This document shows, piece after piece, positions 1 through 12,905 of a stretch of 64,000 nucleotides of DNA. Under the pieces are notes generated by a model. That model saw only the letters and a list, made by a program, of their open reading frames with translations. It was not told the origin of the DNA and ran no database searches. The position numbers and the translations under genes were made by a program. The stretch comes from Malacoraja senta (taxonomy: Eukaryota): assembly GCA_038087875.1 (NCBI GenBank), contig JAXLNO010006153.1:186001-250000 (forward strand), read 5' to 3'. Position 1 is the first letter of the stretch; every line of letters starts with the position of its first letter.

Positions 1-98
1 AACGTCACCTATCCATGTTCTCCAGAGATGACCCACTAAGTTATTCCAGCACCTTATGTCCTTTTGTGTATTAACCATGATCTGCAGCTGTTTGTTTC
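1..98 (+). mobile_element. Penelope-derived short unit cut by the window edge
   Basis: aacgtcacctatccatgttctccagagatg...ttccagca...atctgcag. Confidence 0.65.
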
Positions 99-449
99 AA
101 CTACATACAATGATACCTTACTTGGCTGTAGTGGACAATCAGTAGTATGGACACCATTGCCCCCGATGGTCCATTATAAAGAGGGTTAGTGCATTTAAGA
201 TAAAAGATCAGAGATCTGTAACAGGGCCTTCAAACAAATCATTCATCCCTCTTTTTCCTGGAGCTACAGAAGATAAAGGGCCTGTCTGTGTTTACTTAGT
301 TATAGCTCATATATCTCCATATTTGGTTGCAACGTGGAAGGATTGACCCATTGGGTCTTTGCCAGTTTATAGCAGGAACCCATTCCTCACCAACTTCCCC
401 TGTAACCTATTCTCCATATATTCTCATCAAAGCCTCCCCCCTTCAAACT

Positions 450-615
450 TTAGATAATTTACAGTGGCCAATTAACCTAACGACCCATGTCCATGGTAGC
501 AAACAAATACAGCTGGGGACACACACAGGGTCACAGAGAGAACATGCAAACTCCACACAGAGAGCACTGGAGGTCAAGATTGTATTCTGATTCATAGGGG
601 TTGTGCCACTGTGCG
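450..615 (-). mobile_element. Old SINE copy
   Basis: gccaattaaccta...ggtcacagagagaacatgcaaactccacacag. Confidence 0.65.
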
Positions 616-789
616 CATTTACAATCTTGCAATTACAATTTTGCTTCTTTTACTTCATGCCTGCTCTTCACAGTTGTTCAATGCTAACTAACTAGTGATT
701 TTGTACCCCAAGTTTCTATTGTGAGAACATCTAGATTGCACACAGAACACTGCCATGCCACATTAAATACCAGAGTGAGGAATGTGACA

Positions 790-1092
790 GGGACGGTACA
801 GTGGTGCAGCGGTAGAGTTGCTGCCTTACAGCTCCAGAGACCCAGGTTCGATCCTGACTACGGGTGCTGTCTGTACGGAGTTGGCACATTCTCCCTGTGA
901 CCGTGTGAGTTTTCTCCGTGCCGTCTGATTTCCCAGCATATTCCAAAGACGTGCTGGTTTGTAGGTTAATTGGCTTCTGTAAATTGTCCCTAGTTTTGTG
1001 GCTTAGAGCTAGTGTACAGGTGATCATTGCTCAGCGTGATCTCGGTGGGTCGAAGGGACTGTTTCCATGATGTATCTCTAACTAAGCTAAAC
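790..1092 (+). mobile_element. Full-length tRNA-derived SINE (HE1/V-SINE type)
   Basis: A box TGGTGCAGCGG, B box GGTTCGATCC (845-854), central ttctccctgtgacc...ggtttgtaggttaattggc, CR1-like tail gggtcgaagggactgtttcc, and a (ctaa)-type end. Confidence 0.88.
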
Positions 1093-1730
1093 CAAGACTG
1101 ACACAGACATTACAAAACATCTAGGAAATTGGTACCTAGGTCAGGATCTTTCTGATGAAAGGTCTCAGAATGGAAATGCAACTGTCCTCCCCCCCCCCCC
1201 CCCCCCCCGCCCCCACCCCCCCACAGACGCTGCCTGAGCTCCTGTGTTTTATTTTGCCTTTATTTCAGATTTCTAGGATCTGCAGTTTTTTAATGTTTAT
1301 TTACTACCATACATGTTGAAACTCTTTTACCCTGTGCTGCTGGAACAGATTGAAGTTTGCAATTTGGATGACAGATGGCCCAGATAAGGCACCAAATCTT
1401 TAATTCTCTCTCCAGTAATGATGTTTTAATGACTCTTATGATCAACAATGCCTGGAAATTAATTTTGATGTCCAAAATCTTTTCAGAATTTATGGCCACA
1501 TCTTAGAAAATCTGCTAACAAATCTCAATATGACTGCAGTCTATTTATGGGGCTCATTTGTCATTAATGTTTTAATACTTGGCATTTTAACATGTACTGC
1601 AATTAACTTTTGCAGCAATAAAAATTTGCATTAGATCAATTTAGAATTATATTAAAAAATTAGAATAGTTTTACTTTGGGTATATTGGATAAAACCATGG
1701 TGGCTAATCTATATGGAAGATAAGCCACAA

Positions 1731-1804
1731 CCCGAAACGTCACCCATTCCTTCTCTCCAGAAATGCTGCCTGCCCCGCTGAGGTACTCCAGCATTTTGTG
1801 TCTA
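1731..1804 (+). mobile_element. Penelope-derived short unit truncated within helix II
   Basis: cccgaaacgtcacccattcc...cagcattttgtgtcta. TSD TATATGGAAG at 1710-1719 and 1805-1814. Confidence 0.8.
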
Positions 1805-2094
1805 TATATGGAAGGTACATACACCTAGTTGGTCTATATGCTCGGTTATAACAAATCCAGACCAACAAGCAATTAGCCACTAGAAGCATCTAATTAAATG
1901 CATCATTTCTATTAATAAGTAAACTCCTTGTACTTAGATGTAGTTTAGGAATTTCCATTTCCAATTATTTGACATAGGTTTAATATTAGCGTAATTGATA
2001 TGATTTAATTTGGAGGATTTTTTTTTAAAAGGAGCTTGAAGTAAACAGAACCAAAGATGCCAGTTTCTAGCAAAACAATATGCGTCCATTATAA

Positions 2095-2186
2095 TCTGAA
2101 GACGGGTCTCGAGCTGAAATGTCACCCATCCTTGATCTCTAGAGATGCTCTATGACCCAGAGTTACTCCAGCATTTTGTGTCTTTC
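2095..2186 (+). mobile_element. Penelope-derived short unit, diverged hammerhead core
   Basis: tctgaagacgggtctcgagctgaaatgtcacccat...agttactccagcattttgtgtct. Confidence 0.75.
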
Positions 2187-3342
2187 TTTGGTAAAGTTGT
2201 CCGTTGTGGAATTGTTATTCCATTATGATCTATCTGAAATATTAACTGCAAAGTAGGTAATCAGCTCAATATTAAGGTAATAGCATTTACTAAAAGGACT
2301 GAACAATGTAAAATTGCTTCCCAAGCCTGGAAGGTCACCGCAGTATTAACTCTATTCTCTCCTCACAAACGTTACCTGACCTATGATTTCTTCCAGCATT
2401 TTCTGTTTTTACATTAAATTGCTTTCAATTGCTTGCTATCATGAACGATTTAGCTGCTCGCTCTCTACGACTGGGACGAACATTCGGAAAGGCTTTTTGC
2501 CTTTGTTGGAAAAGGCCATCATTATTAAAATGTCTTTGACAAACCCTTTGTTGTTCGGGACGCAGAAGGACCTATCAACTTTGCGGAAGGGAGGGGCTTA
2601 CAGATGAATACTTCTTGCCATCTCTCAGATTCGTGTTTATTAGCAGAATAAGAACTATAATGAATATTATTAATGAACACACTATTCTTGGAAAAGAAAA
2701 GGCAAGCTGCGACTGCTGTTCCTCGTGCTTTGTGGTCAGGTAGCCAGTTTAATTTTGCAGCAGTCCTCCGCACAGGAGCTGATTCAGGCCAATAAGCACT
2801 GTAGTTTAAATGGAATTCATGAAACTGTCCCAAAATGTCAGGAGAATAAAGTACATTTGGGAGGATTATCAAATTTTACATAAGATACAAATGAATCCTG
2901 CACATAATAAATTATATTTTACAAATTTCTGTTGACTTATTTTTCTGAAATAAACTGCTTTTATCCTAAATTTTCAAAACTTAAAAATGCTGCATAAAGC
3001 AGGCATTATTTGTCTATCATTGCTCATAATGTCTGTGCTACCAATGCAGCGTGTCATTACAGCTCCAAACTGGCGCTCACCAGCCAGAAATTACTATTCA
3101 TCCTGACCTTGAGACAATTCCAACATTATGACATGCTGTATAAAGAGCTGGAAACACTGTCTGAATGCCATTCAGTTTGCCCAGGAATGCCAAAATGATT
3201 TTGTTCTTGTACTCCTAGCCAAGTTCATAATTCCATTATGAAGCCTGCCAGAACAAAGGAACTGATATCAGAATCCCACGTACGATGAAATGCAGAACTT
3301 GAACTGTTGAGATTTGCACATTTACTGTGAGAAGCACAGGGA

Positions 3343-3535
3343 GGGCACAGTGGAACTGCATGCGGTGCAGACATCTCACAGCTCCAGCGCCCCACACATC
3401 AGGTGGTGTCTGAGTGGAGTTTGCACGTTCTCCTGGTGACACTGAGGGTTTCCTCTGGGTGCTTCGGTGTCTTCCTGTGTCCCAGAGAGGTGCTGGCTGA
3501 TGGGTGAATTATCCGCTGTCAATTGATCTTATTGT
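3343..3535 (+). mobile_element. Old SINE copy
   Basis: ggcacagtgg...gtggagtttgcacgttctcctggtgac...gggtttcctctgggtgc. Confidence 0.65.
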
Positions 3536-4229
3536 TGGTGAGTGGTAGGCAAATTCGTCCCATGTTAAAGTCAGAGTTTTGATTCATATGGCACAGAAAC
3601 AATTTCTTCAGCCTTTCAAGTCCACACCAATCATTGTGTACTCATCTATATTGATCTCAGTTTCCAGTAACTGGCCTGTAGCTTTCTGGGCCTTGGTGAT
3701 TCAAGTACTGGTCAAGATAGTTCTTAAATGTTGTGGGAGTCTCCACCTCCCCCTCCCTCTCTCCGCCCCCCACTCAGACAGTGTGTTCCAGGTTCCAAAT
3801 CTCCTCTGGTTTCATATACTAGTTATGGGTAAAGGTCTCGTACTTTCTGCCATATCAGAGGGCACTTCAAGCAGTTAGTGTACCTCAATCAGATGTCCAA
3901 CTACCCCCCCCCCCCGCCCCAGCCTTATCACTTCCAAGGGGAACAATCCCAGCTTTCTACTCTTTCCTCATAAATGATATACTCCATCTTGGTATTTCCC
4001 CTCTGCACTGTCTCCTGCAATCATGTTATTCCATTAAATGTGGTGACCAGAAGTGCACACTGTACTCTGGTTGTTACCTAACCACCTGTGCATACAAGGT
4101 TACAGGCCAAGTGCTGAAAAATGACATTAGTGTGGAAGGCTAAACAATGGTCAACATGGGAATGGTGAGTCAAAGGACTGTTTCAGTGGAGCGGTATTGA
4201 TATTGTCTCACAGCAAGTTCCCTATTACA

Positions 4230-4509
4230 TAAGCTACACCCCAGCGGTATGAACATTGACCTCCAATTTCAGGTAGTCCCTGCTTTCTCCTTCTTTCCCC
4301 TCCCCTTCCCAGCTCTCCCACAGCCCACTGTCTCTGCCTCTTCCTTTCCTCTTCCCGCCCCCCCCCCCCACCCCCACATCAGTCTGAAGAAGGGTCTCGA
4401 CCCGAAACGTCGTCTATTTCATTCGCTCCATAGATGCTGCCTCACCCGCTGAGTTTCTCCAGCATTTTTATCTACCTTCGATTTTCCAGCATCTGCAGTT
4501 CCTTCTTAG
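4230..4509 (+). mobile_element. Penelope-like 3' fragment (ORF end, UTR, hammerhead core, long tail)
   Basis: acaccccagcggtatgaacattgac is shared with 39970-39994. It is followed by a pyrimidine UTR and the complete 3' unit. Confidence 0.85.
4384..4411 (+). ncRNA. Minimal hammerhead ribozyme core
   Basis: CTGAAGA-A-GGGT CTCG ACCC-GAAAC-GTC. Helix I is weak. Confidence 0.6.
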
Positions 4510-5505
4510 CTTCAGTTGGCTTCAAATTACTAATAATAGCTATAGACCTTGCTGAGTACATTTTAGACAGAAATAAGGTCAGTGTATGGATAATGTACAC
4601 CATTGTGGCCCTTATGGCAGAAATCGGTTTAGCAACCAAACTCTAGCTCTCTATACCATGTGGCACATTGTTGGTGATTGCCCACTCACTAGATTCACCA
4701 CTGCATGTAAAGTGTACAGCCACAGAGGATGTTTTTGCAATTTGACCGACTGAATGAGCCATCAGCAAGTGACGCACATTACAAACAAAAACTACAGAGG
4801 GGATGGTCCACGAACACTGACCTCATTATTAAATGTAAAATACTTTATAACATTAGGAAACAAGCAGCTCATTTATTTTGGTCAAAGACCTTTCTGGCTT
4901 TCTCATAACATTAATCTGTTTCTTTTGTTTTAAAGCTCTGAGGAAGAGCTGAGGGATTAGTCATGTCCCAAGGGAGAAGCCCTCCCCAACCAGCATACAG
5001 TGTTGTAGGGGAAATCCAGCTGCAAATCTCTCCGAGCTTCATTTGCATCTAAACTTGCATTAGTGCAGAGTCAGGTGCAGACACCAAAAAAACACACACA
5101 GAAAAGGTGTGGCTGCAATGGTGTTAAAGAGCTAAATTCAGTAGCAGATTTGTGCCAGAGGCATGTGCAAGGTTAGGTTCTAGGTGCGGACACAATTATC
5201 TGCCTTGCCAACAATCATCTACAGTTGTCTCACACAAAGTATGGATACACACCTGCATGTTCACCCGATCACATTCAGGATGTGTATGCCTATCCCTCCA
5301 AAGGTCAGAAACTAAAAAACGCCTGACATGGTGCTGAGTGCCACCCCCTCTTGCATCATGATGCACCTCTTATTTTAGGCACTGTTTGGGAGCTCTAAAG
5401 ATCCACTAAGTAAATTGTAGGTGCCATTGAATCTGGGCTGTGCAAATTGTAAATGAAAATGTAAAACCTTAACAATGCCTTAACATGACTGGAAATCTTA
5501 AAATG

Positions 5506-5645
5506 AAGGAAATAGGCAACGTTTCGGGTCTCAACCCGAAACGTTGCCCATTTCCTTCGCTCCATAAATGCTGCCTCACCCGCTGACTTTCTCCAGCATT
5601 TTTGTCTACCTTCGATTTTCCAGCATCTGCACTTCCTTCTTAAAC
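5506..5645 (+). mobile_element. Penelope-derived short unit with 5' fold-back inversion
   Basis: 15-bp TSD GGAAATCTTAAAATG (5491-5505, 5646-5660). Hairpin with 25-bp arms at 5505-5558. Confidence 0.88.
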
Positions 5646-5827
5646 GGAAATCTTAAAATGTTCAGTTCACATTAATATCAGCGAGCAAAATGATTATTTT
5701 GTGGATATACATCACGGAAACATATCCGGCAACCCACCCAGTCCACACCATCAATCACCCGGTCAAACTAGTTATATGTTATCTCACTTTCTCATCTACT
5801 CCCTACACATTATGGCCATTTATTTTT

Positions 5828-5995
5828 ACAGAAGCCAATTTACCTACAAACCAGCACATCGTTGGGATGAGAGAGGAAACCGGAGCATCAGGATGAAACC
5901 AAAGCGGTCACAGGGAGAACGTGCAAACTCCATACAGGTAGCACCCAAGGTCAGGATCAAACCCGGGTTTCTGCCACTGTGAGTCGACAGCTCTA
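5828..5995 (-). mobile_element. SINE 5'/central part
   Basis: agccaatttacctacaaacc...ggtcacagggagaacgtgcaaactcc...ggatcaaacccggg. Confidence 0.78.
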
Positions 5996-7370
5996 TCGGC
6001 CGCCCTTGACAAATTTGTGAAATAATCCCGTCCCAGCAGGTTTGGTGGAAGTAGGTGGAGAGGATAGGGTGGGGAAGGATGCCATTTCAAGAGGAGTCTG
6101 ATTTGTGAGTTTCAGAATGTGGCTCATGGCAACGTGAACCGATTCAAAAGGGAACGAAAATCACATGTTGGCAGATTGAGATTCTCAGTCTCTCATAGTT
6201 TTATATATTGCAAAGTGTCTGGTTATTTGGATTCATCTTGAAGATGACTGGAGCATATATGCTCATAGAAAGAATGACATCAACGTGTTCTGTTTATTAA
6301 TACAATAAAATGCCTTACATAACAAATTAAATAAGCACGTGACCTTGCTTAAAAAGAAATCTCTAGAAAAGTAGGTTGATTGCATAATCTGCCTCATACA
6401 AACCTTGCACTTGCCAGAAATCACTGGGGTGCTGGGAGGTCAAATCAGTATTTTGCTAACTTTTTTTGCCAAATCTATTCTCCAAGTTTCCAGAGGGAAT
6501 AGAACAGCTACATAAAATATTATCACATGCAGTGACACATTTTGAAAATAATTCATTGCATCCAGTGACACACAATATAGAGTTTCTCACCCCAAACATC
6601 ATGCAGTGTAAAGTACAACTGTTCAACCTCAGACCGTGGGCCTCAGAGTGGCGGTCAGGCTGTCCAGAGCAAAGAGGGGGGTGGGGCAGAGAACAAAGAG
6701 GGACCCACAGTATTATAATGAGTACTTAGTTACTTTGTCAATGCCAGATTCATTGTGACTCGTTGCGTACTTTGTGCATCGTATGCAAAGACAACGAATT
6801 TCACTGTACCTGGGTACATGTGACATTAGAGTATCTTTGAATTGATACAGTGTGCAAGAAATTATTCACAGCACACAGCACTTTGCTTTTTAAAATACAG
6901 TTCAAAACCTATGGGACCAGAGGATAAGCTGGATAAAGCAGATGGGATTCTTCCCTTCTATGTCTCAGTCAATGAAGCCAAGAGCAGGGAAGTCACATTG
7001 GAACTGTAAGAACTAGTAGTTAGGCCGCAGGTAAAATGCTCTGTACTGTTCTGATCATTCTGTAGGAGTACGACAGTCCTTGGCATCAAAGTAGCATTTG
7101 ACTGAGTGCACTATTGAGTAGCCTCAGCATATTTAATGTCCCTGACAACTAGAAGCCTTCACTGGCTGGAGTTGTACTGTTCAGACAGGACAATGGTTGT
7201 TGTAGGAGGACAATTGGCACAGGCAGGCTGGAGGAGCACAGTTGTACAGTTTGTAAAGCTGCTACTTCACTATATCAATGACCCAAGTTTAATCCTGACG
7301 TTGAAGTGGGTTTCTCCAGCTGCTCCAGTTTCCTCCCACATCCCAAATAAGTGCAGATTGGTGGACTACT

Positions 7371-7639
7371 TGTGTAAGAAGGAACTGCAGATGCTGGTTT
7401 ACACCGGATAGACACAAAATGCTGGAGTGACTCAGCGGGTCTTTCCTTAATCTTCCGTGCTGGCTTTGATTTGTTCTTTTCATTCCTTTCATTAATTTGT
7501 TCTTTGTACATTTTCATACCACTAGTTTCCCTCTCCCTGACTCTCAGTCAGCAGGGTTTCGAAACATCACCTATTCCTTCTCTCCAGAGATGCTGCCTGA
7601 CCCGCTGAGTGACTCCAGCATTTTGTGTCTATCTTTGGT
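7371..7639. mobile_element. Inverted pair of Penelope-derived units
   Basis: Minus copy 7371-7441 and plus copy about 7520-7639 share gacccgctgagt(c/g)actccagcattttgtgtctatc. Confidence 0.75.
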
Positions 7640-8016
7640 AGATTAAATGCCTCTCATGAATACAATCTGGAGGTGGATGTGCATATAGAAAGAAACGGTT
7701 ACAGGGAAGATGAGTGGGTTGGGGATCAATCTTGGAGCTGGCATAAACTCACTGAAATGGCCACCTTATATGTTATAGAGAAAATATGGCAATCATCTCA
7801 GTCCCAGCACAATGTTGCACGGCTTCCTCGGGACATTGGCATAGCCCTCGCCATCTGCTCCTTCATCAATGACCTCCTCTCTACTATCACATCCCAGGCA
7901 GCACACAATTCAATTCCATCTACTTCTCCTCATATATTAAATCACCTCCGCATGTTTGTGGCAAGATTGGACAACATTAATGCTTTGTGGCGAGTAACAA
8001 ATGTGCCACAAAATGT

Positions 8017-8163
8017 TCTGGTTTGTAGGCTAATTGGCTTGGTAAAATTGTAAATTGTTCCCAGTGTTTGTAGGACAGTGTTAGTGTGCGGGGATCCGTG
8101 GTCAGCGCGGACACATTGGGCCAAAGGGCCTGTTTCCACCCTGTATTTCTAAACTAAACTAAA
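8017..8163 (+). mobile_element. 3' half of the same SINE
   Basis: ggtttgtaggctaattggc...gggcctgtttccaccctgtatttctaaactaaactaaa. Confidence 0.85.
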
Positions 8164-10557
8164 TGCAGCATTGCCAGGTAAGGGCCAGCACCAACACAAA
8201 GTAGGACCATCTCCCTTTGGCATTCAATAGAATAACATCATCAAATCTCCCGCCCACCACTGAAATTCTGGGGGTGAGGTGGCGGAGTGGAATCATCAAT
8301 GATCAAAAGCCTGACCGGGTCAGTCATAGAAACACTGTGGCTATGAGAGCAGGGCAAAGATCAGGTATTCCCAGGGTTTATCTGCTGATTACCAAAAGCA
8401 TTTCTGCGGTCTAGAGAGCGCAAGTCAGTAGTGGGATGGAATATCCTTCAGTCGCCTGGATGCAACTCCAACGCTTGATGTCATCCATTATAATAACAAC
8501 CCATTCAATCAGCACTGTATCCACCACCTTGAGCATTTACTCCCAGCTCACTGTGGTAGCAGCAGCACCGTCTACAAAATGCAGAATACTGACGTATCAA
8601 AATATCTTATGTAGAATTTGGAAAACTTGACCTCTACCACAAGAACAAGGTCAGCATGCACAAACCTCCATTATCACAAAGTTTATCACCAAGTCACACA
8701 CCATCCTTACCTCAAAACAAATTACTACGCGCCCATATCAATGGGCCACCATTTAGCGTGATAGAGTTCTACAGCACAATAAGCAGCCTTTGGGCCCAAT
8801 GCACCGTTCTAACCAGGGTGTCTTCCTGAACTAGTCCCACTCGACAGCACTTGGCCCATAACACTGTCCTATCCATGAACCTGTCTAAATGTCTTTTAAA
8901 AGTCATAATTATACCCAGATGCTGCCTACTCGCTGAGTTCCTCCAACAGGTTGCTTTTTTGCAAAAGATTCCAGCAACTGCAGTTTCATGTCTCTCCTAT
9001 CTTTCTATAGTTCATTGCTATGTGCAAGATGTAAATCATTACACCAAGTATGGTTATTTCTATTATTATTGGCAAGAATAAGATATGGTTCACCCATTCT
9101 TTCTCCATCAACAGTCATTAAAGAACATTAATTCTTTCAGGACCAATAATGAAAAAAAATCAGCTTTATCCATGTTAAGCTGCGAAAATTCAGGATAAAT
9201 GGCCTGGGTGTTGGACAGCTACCTAACATACAGCTTTAGTGCTCCAAACTCTGTTACATTCGCACAGGCCTTTCCAGAAAGTGGTCATTGGTTTCCAATC
9301 CCTAGAGTTAAGAAAATGATCCATTTGATGCAATAAAAATGCCCTGTTAATGAACCTTGCCTGTGATGGGAAAGGTCAGTCATATTAGGTCACTATCACT
9401 GTGGAAATATGACTGTGGCTTTCTACAGCAACTTGCAGCAATGGAGTGTGAGAGACAAAGAGCCCCACATTCTGACCCTGTCACTTGCTGTGTGGTTTCT
9501 GTTGAAAGGGGTTTGAGAAAAAAAAATCTGTGCTGTAGAAATCATTGGAGTGCAAATTCTGGTCCGTACTCAACCGCGGACATTTAGGAGATTATTACAG
9601 CTGTAAATAAAGCAGGTAGCATATTCAAAGTCAAAAGTATGGTAAAGAGCTGGAGGAGGAAAGAAAAGCTATATTTTAAACAATCTGGGAAATATATCCC
9701 TTTTGTTGTCAATTAATAGTCATAAACCCATGAGTTTTTATTTGGAGATCAAGATGAATGATGTGGGTAGAGCAGTGGATGCTGTCGACATGGATTTTTG
9801 TAAGGCATTTAACAAGGACCTTCATTGTAGGCTGATGCAGAAGATTAAGATGCAATAATAGAAGACAGAAGATAGCGGTGGAAGGGGGTTCTTCTGGCTG
9901 TAAACCTGTGACCTCTGATGTCCCGCAGGTTTTCAGTGTTGGGACTTGTGTTGCTTGTGATACTAAAACATTGGTGGGTTGGTTAGCAAGTTTGCAAGAA
10001 ACACAAACATTTGTGGAGTTGCAGACAGTGAGGAAGGCTGTCAAAGGATTCAAAGGATATAGATCAGTTACAGATAAGCGCAAAAAACTATCAGAGTTTA
10101 ATCTGAGCACGCGTGAGGAACTTAAACCCACAGATTTAAACAATCTATTTTTAAGCAGTTCCAATGAAGGACCTTATTTCTGAAAGCTTAACTGTTTCTC
10201 TTTCCACAAATGTTATCTGACCAGCTGAATGTTTCTAGCATTTTCTGTCTTTATTTCAGATTTCCAGCCTATGCGTTTTTTTTAAATTTTCATTATGCAT
10301 GGATTTTGTTTTCCCCCCATAGTTGTACAATTCACTTGATTGTCACTCTGCAAATGATAAAGGACACGGATAGATTACAAAATGCAGCAAAATTCATTTA
10401 AGGGAGACCTATCTTAAAACAAGCTGTAAAGTGACCTTCAGAATGTACTCCACAGCTGCCACTAAATGTTGTGACACTAAAGAGCTGTCTAAAATAAACA
10501 TGAGGCTGAGGAAGGGGCTCACTGCCCACAAAACCCTATTCAGTGGTCTTCACTCGT

Positions 10558-10585
10558 CTGAAGAAGGGTCTCGACCCGAAACGTC
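10558..10585 (+). ncRNA. Minimal hammerhead ribozyme core in short unit 10556-10650
   Basis: CTGAAGAAGGGTCTCGACCCGAAACGTC, exact consensus. Confidence 0.6.
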
Positions 10586-12270
10586 ACCCATTCCTTCTCT
10601 CCAGAGATGCTGCCTGTCCCGCTGTGTTACTCCAGCTTTTTGTGTCTATCCTATATTCAGTTAGGGGTGTATGTCAGGTGGTGCATGCCAGGACTGTTGC
10701 TTGTGTAGGAGGCACCATAGAGAGAACGTTGGATTATTCGCATCAACCCACAACAAAAACCCTATTACTACCATTAGGACTGGTCACACCTCAATATCCA
10801 TGGTCACCACGTTTATGACAAATGCCATTGTGCTTCAGTTACTTGTTCGAAATTATGAAGTACATTGGCCCCCAGGAAACTTGAAACATTTTAAAATAAA
10901 ACTTGTTTACTGCTTTGAGCAGATGTTGCTGGCAACCAGAAGCCTTGACAGAATCTGGATTAGAGATGTTCCAGTCAGGAAAATTTGGCAATGGTCACAA
11001 GTTTTAAATCCTATTACCTTTGACCATAAAACCAAGCTCAGCCATAAAATGCACCTGGAGGCTACAAATTTTCCTGCACGCAGAGTGTTGGAAGTTTGAA
11101 TCTCAGGACAGGTTTCTCATCCTCAACTTCACATGCCTGTATGTCTCTTTATTTTTTACAAATGAATCTGCTTGCTGCTTTGTTTGTAGTACCTATGGTG
11201 TCTATCGTTGTTCCCCAACCCCACTCCCAGGTCAAGATCAGGAAATTATTTTTGTCTTAGTATCCAGCTAAACACTTTGTAAAATACCTTGAATAATAAG
11301 AAATTCCTGGCAATTAATCACCTTTAAACCTAAACATTACCCTTTACCACCTCATTCTCAGCAGGCAATGGCACAACAAGAGTGAAGTTTTCAATTATTT
11401 CTACAAATGATGAACAAACTGAATCTTGCAGGTAAATGTCAGCAGCTTCATGCTATTTATCCCCCTCAATGCAAGCAAGTTACATCCGCGTGTGGAATCC
11501 CAAACTTGCTGACAGATTGCCGCTGGTGAATTCTGCCTTATGCTCTGACACCAGTCTCCACATGAAGGCAGAACACAAACTTGATGCGAGTCACCAACAC
11601 TTAGACTGGGAATCTGTTTAAGGATCCTGTGCCAGGATTCATCTGAGACCCCATTCATTGTCGTGGCGATGTTACAACTGCATGGAACATAAACAGACTA
11701 TAACGCATGCTATCTATTATTTTTTATCTCAGTAGTATTGCCTTGATTATTTTGGCATTCTTAATCTTGCTAATAATTTTCTAGTTACAATTATTTAGTT
11801 CATTATTTAACAGTTTTTGAAAGCAGCCCAGAAACTTTACAGATTTGACAGATGGCTGATCAGCGGGGGGTGGGCATAGCAATCTGTCAAATTTCCCCCA
11901 GCAGTTAGTGGGTGGGCTTGCTCCGAGCCACCCATGTGACCCTGTTATGGCCTTTGATCTTGTTGATTAGGTCCAGGTTGCCCTCAACCAGCAAGTTCAT
12001 CCTTATGGATGTGAACCAAATAAGTTCGGAGCGACGGGGAATCTGAGTGATGAACAGGGATCAGACCTTGTTTAATACGTTGGGTTAATATGGAACTAAT
12101 CTTCATTTACTTACATCACACTTTTGAAATTCTATTCCCTGTCAACTAAAAACAAAAATACAATAAAATTCTGCATTCTATAGGATCTCTCATCAATAAA
12201 ATGTTCTACAAGGATTTTCTTTTTGTAAATTTGAATGCTGGCAATAGTTGATCCAGTTGGTCTTCAATAA

Positions 12271-12360
12271 TAGACACAAAATGCTGAAGTAACTGAGCGG
12301 ATCAGGCAGTATCTCTGGAGAAAAGGAATGGGTGACGTTTCGGGTCGAGACCCTTCTTCA
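12271..12360 (-). mobile_element. Penelope-derived short unit
   Basis: Consensus unit starting at TGAAGA. TSD TCTTCAATAA at 12261-12270 and 12355-12364, overlapping the element end. Confidence 0.85.
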
Positions 12361-12905
12361 ATAAGATTTATATCCACATAATTCAGCCTTATTGAAACAA
12401 TTCTGTTCATATCCCTCATCCGAGTGCCAAGATTATTTGGAGATCCATTGTTGCAAACCACATTAGTAAATCACTGTTCCAATGATAACAACGTCTGTTT
12501 ATATTTAACATCTATGCGTTGGCCCCAATTTTCATCTGATCACTATGTAAGCAACAACAAGCTTCATAACAAATGTACTTCCCCAGTCTACACATGTACA
12601 GGCAATTTTCATTTTAAACGCTTAAACATTCTGCTTGATTTAGATGAAACCAGTGACCATTATCCACCATTATCTACTAAATGCCACCGTTTCCTTAACT
12701 ATTCTGCCTCCTAATCCTGTACCACTTCAGTATTCACTTTTGTATTGTACCATCACTTCTTTTGTTGTTTAATCTCTCCTGCATTGCATCCTTTTACATA
12801 CTGTACCTTCCTCTTTGTTTTATCCCCCATTTCCTTTGCAGCAAAACATTTTTGTTCCATCATTAACCTTTTCTAGTTCTAATGGAAAGTTATTGAACTG
12901 AAATG

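Noticed and set aside
790-860. tRNA gene (A and B boxes), also at 44844 and 62581
   Set aside because: Continues into SINE body and tail. No cloverleaf 3' end or terminator.
1189-1221. Poly-C/G tracts (also near 15243 and 26530) as G-quadruplex elements
   Set aside because: Simple homopolymer expansions, mostly inside repeats. Lengths are unreliable.
10431-10818. Recurring peptides LKKGLDPKRH and EEGSRPETSPIP in many short ORFs
   Set aside because: They are translations of the non-coding hammerhead unit, not a protein family.
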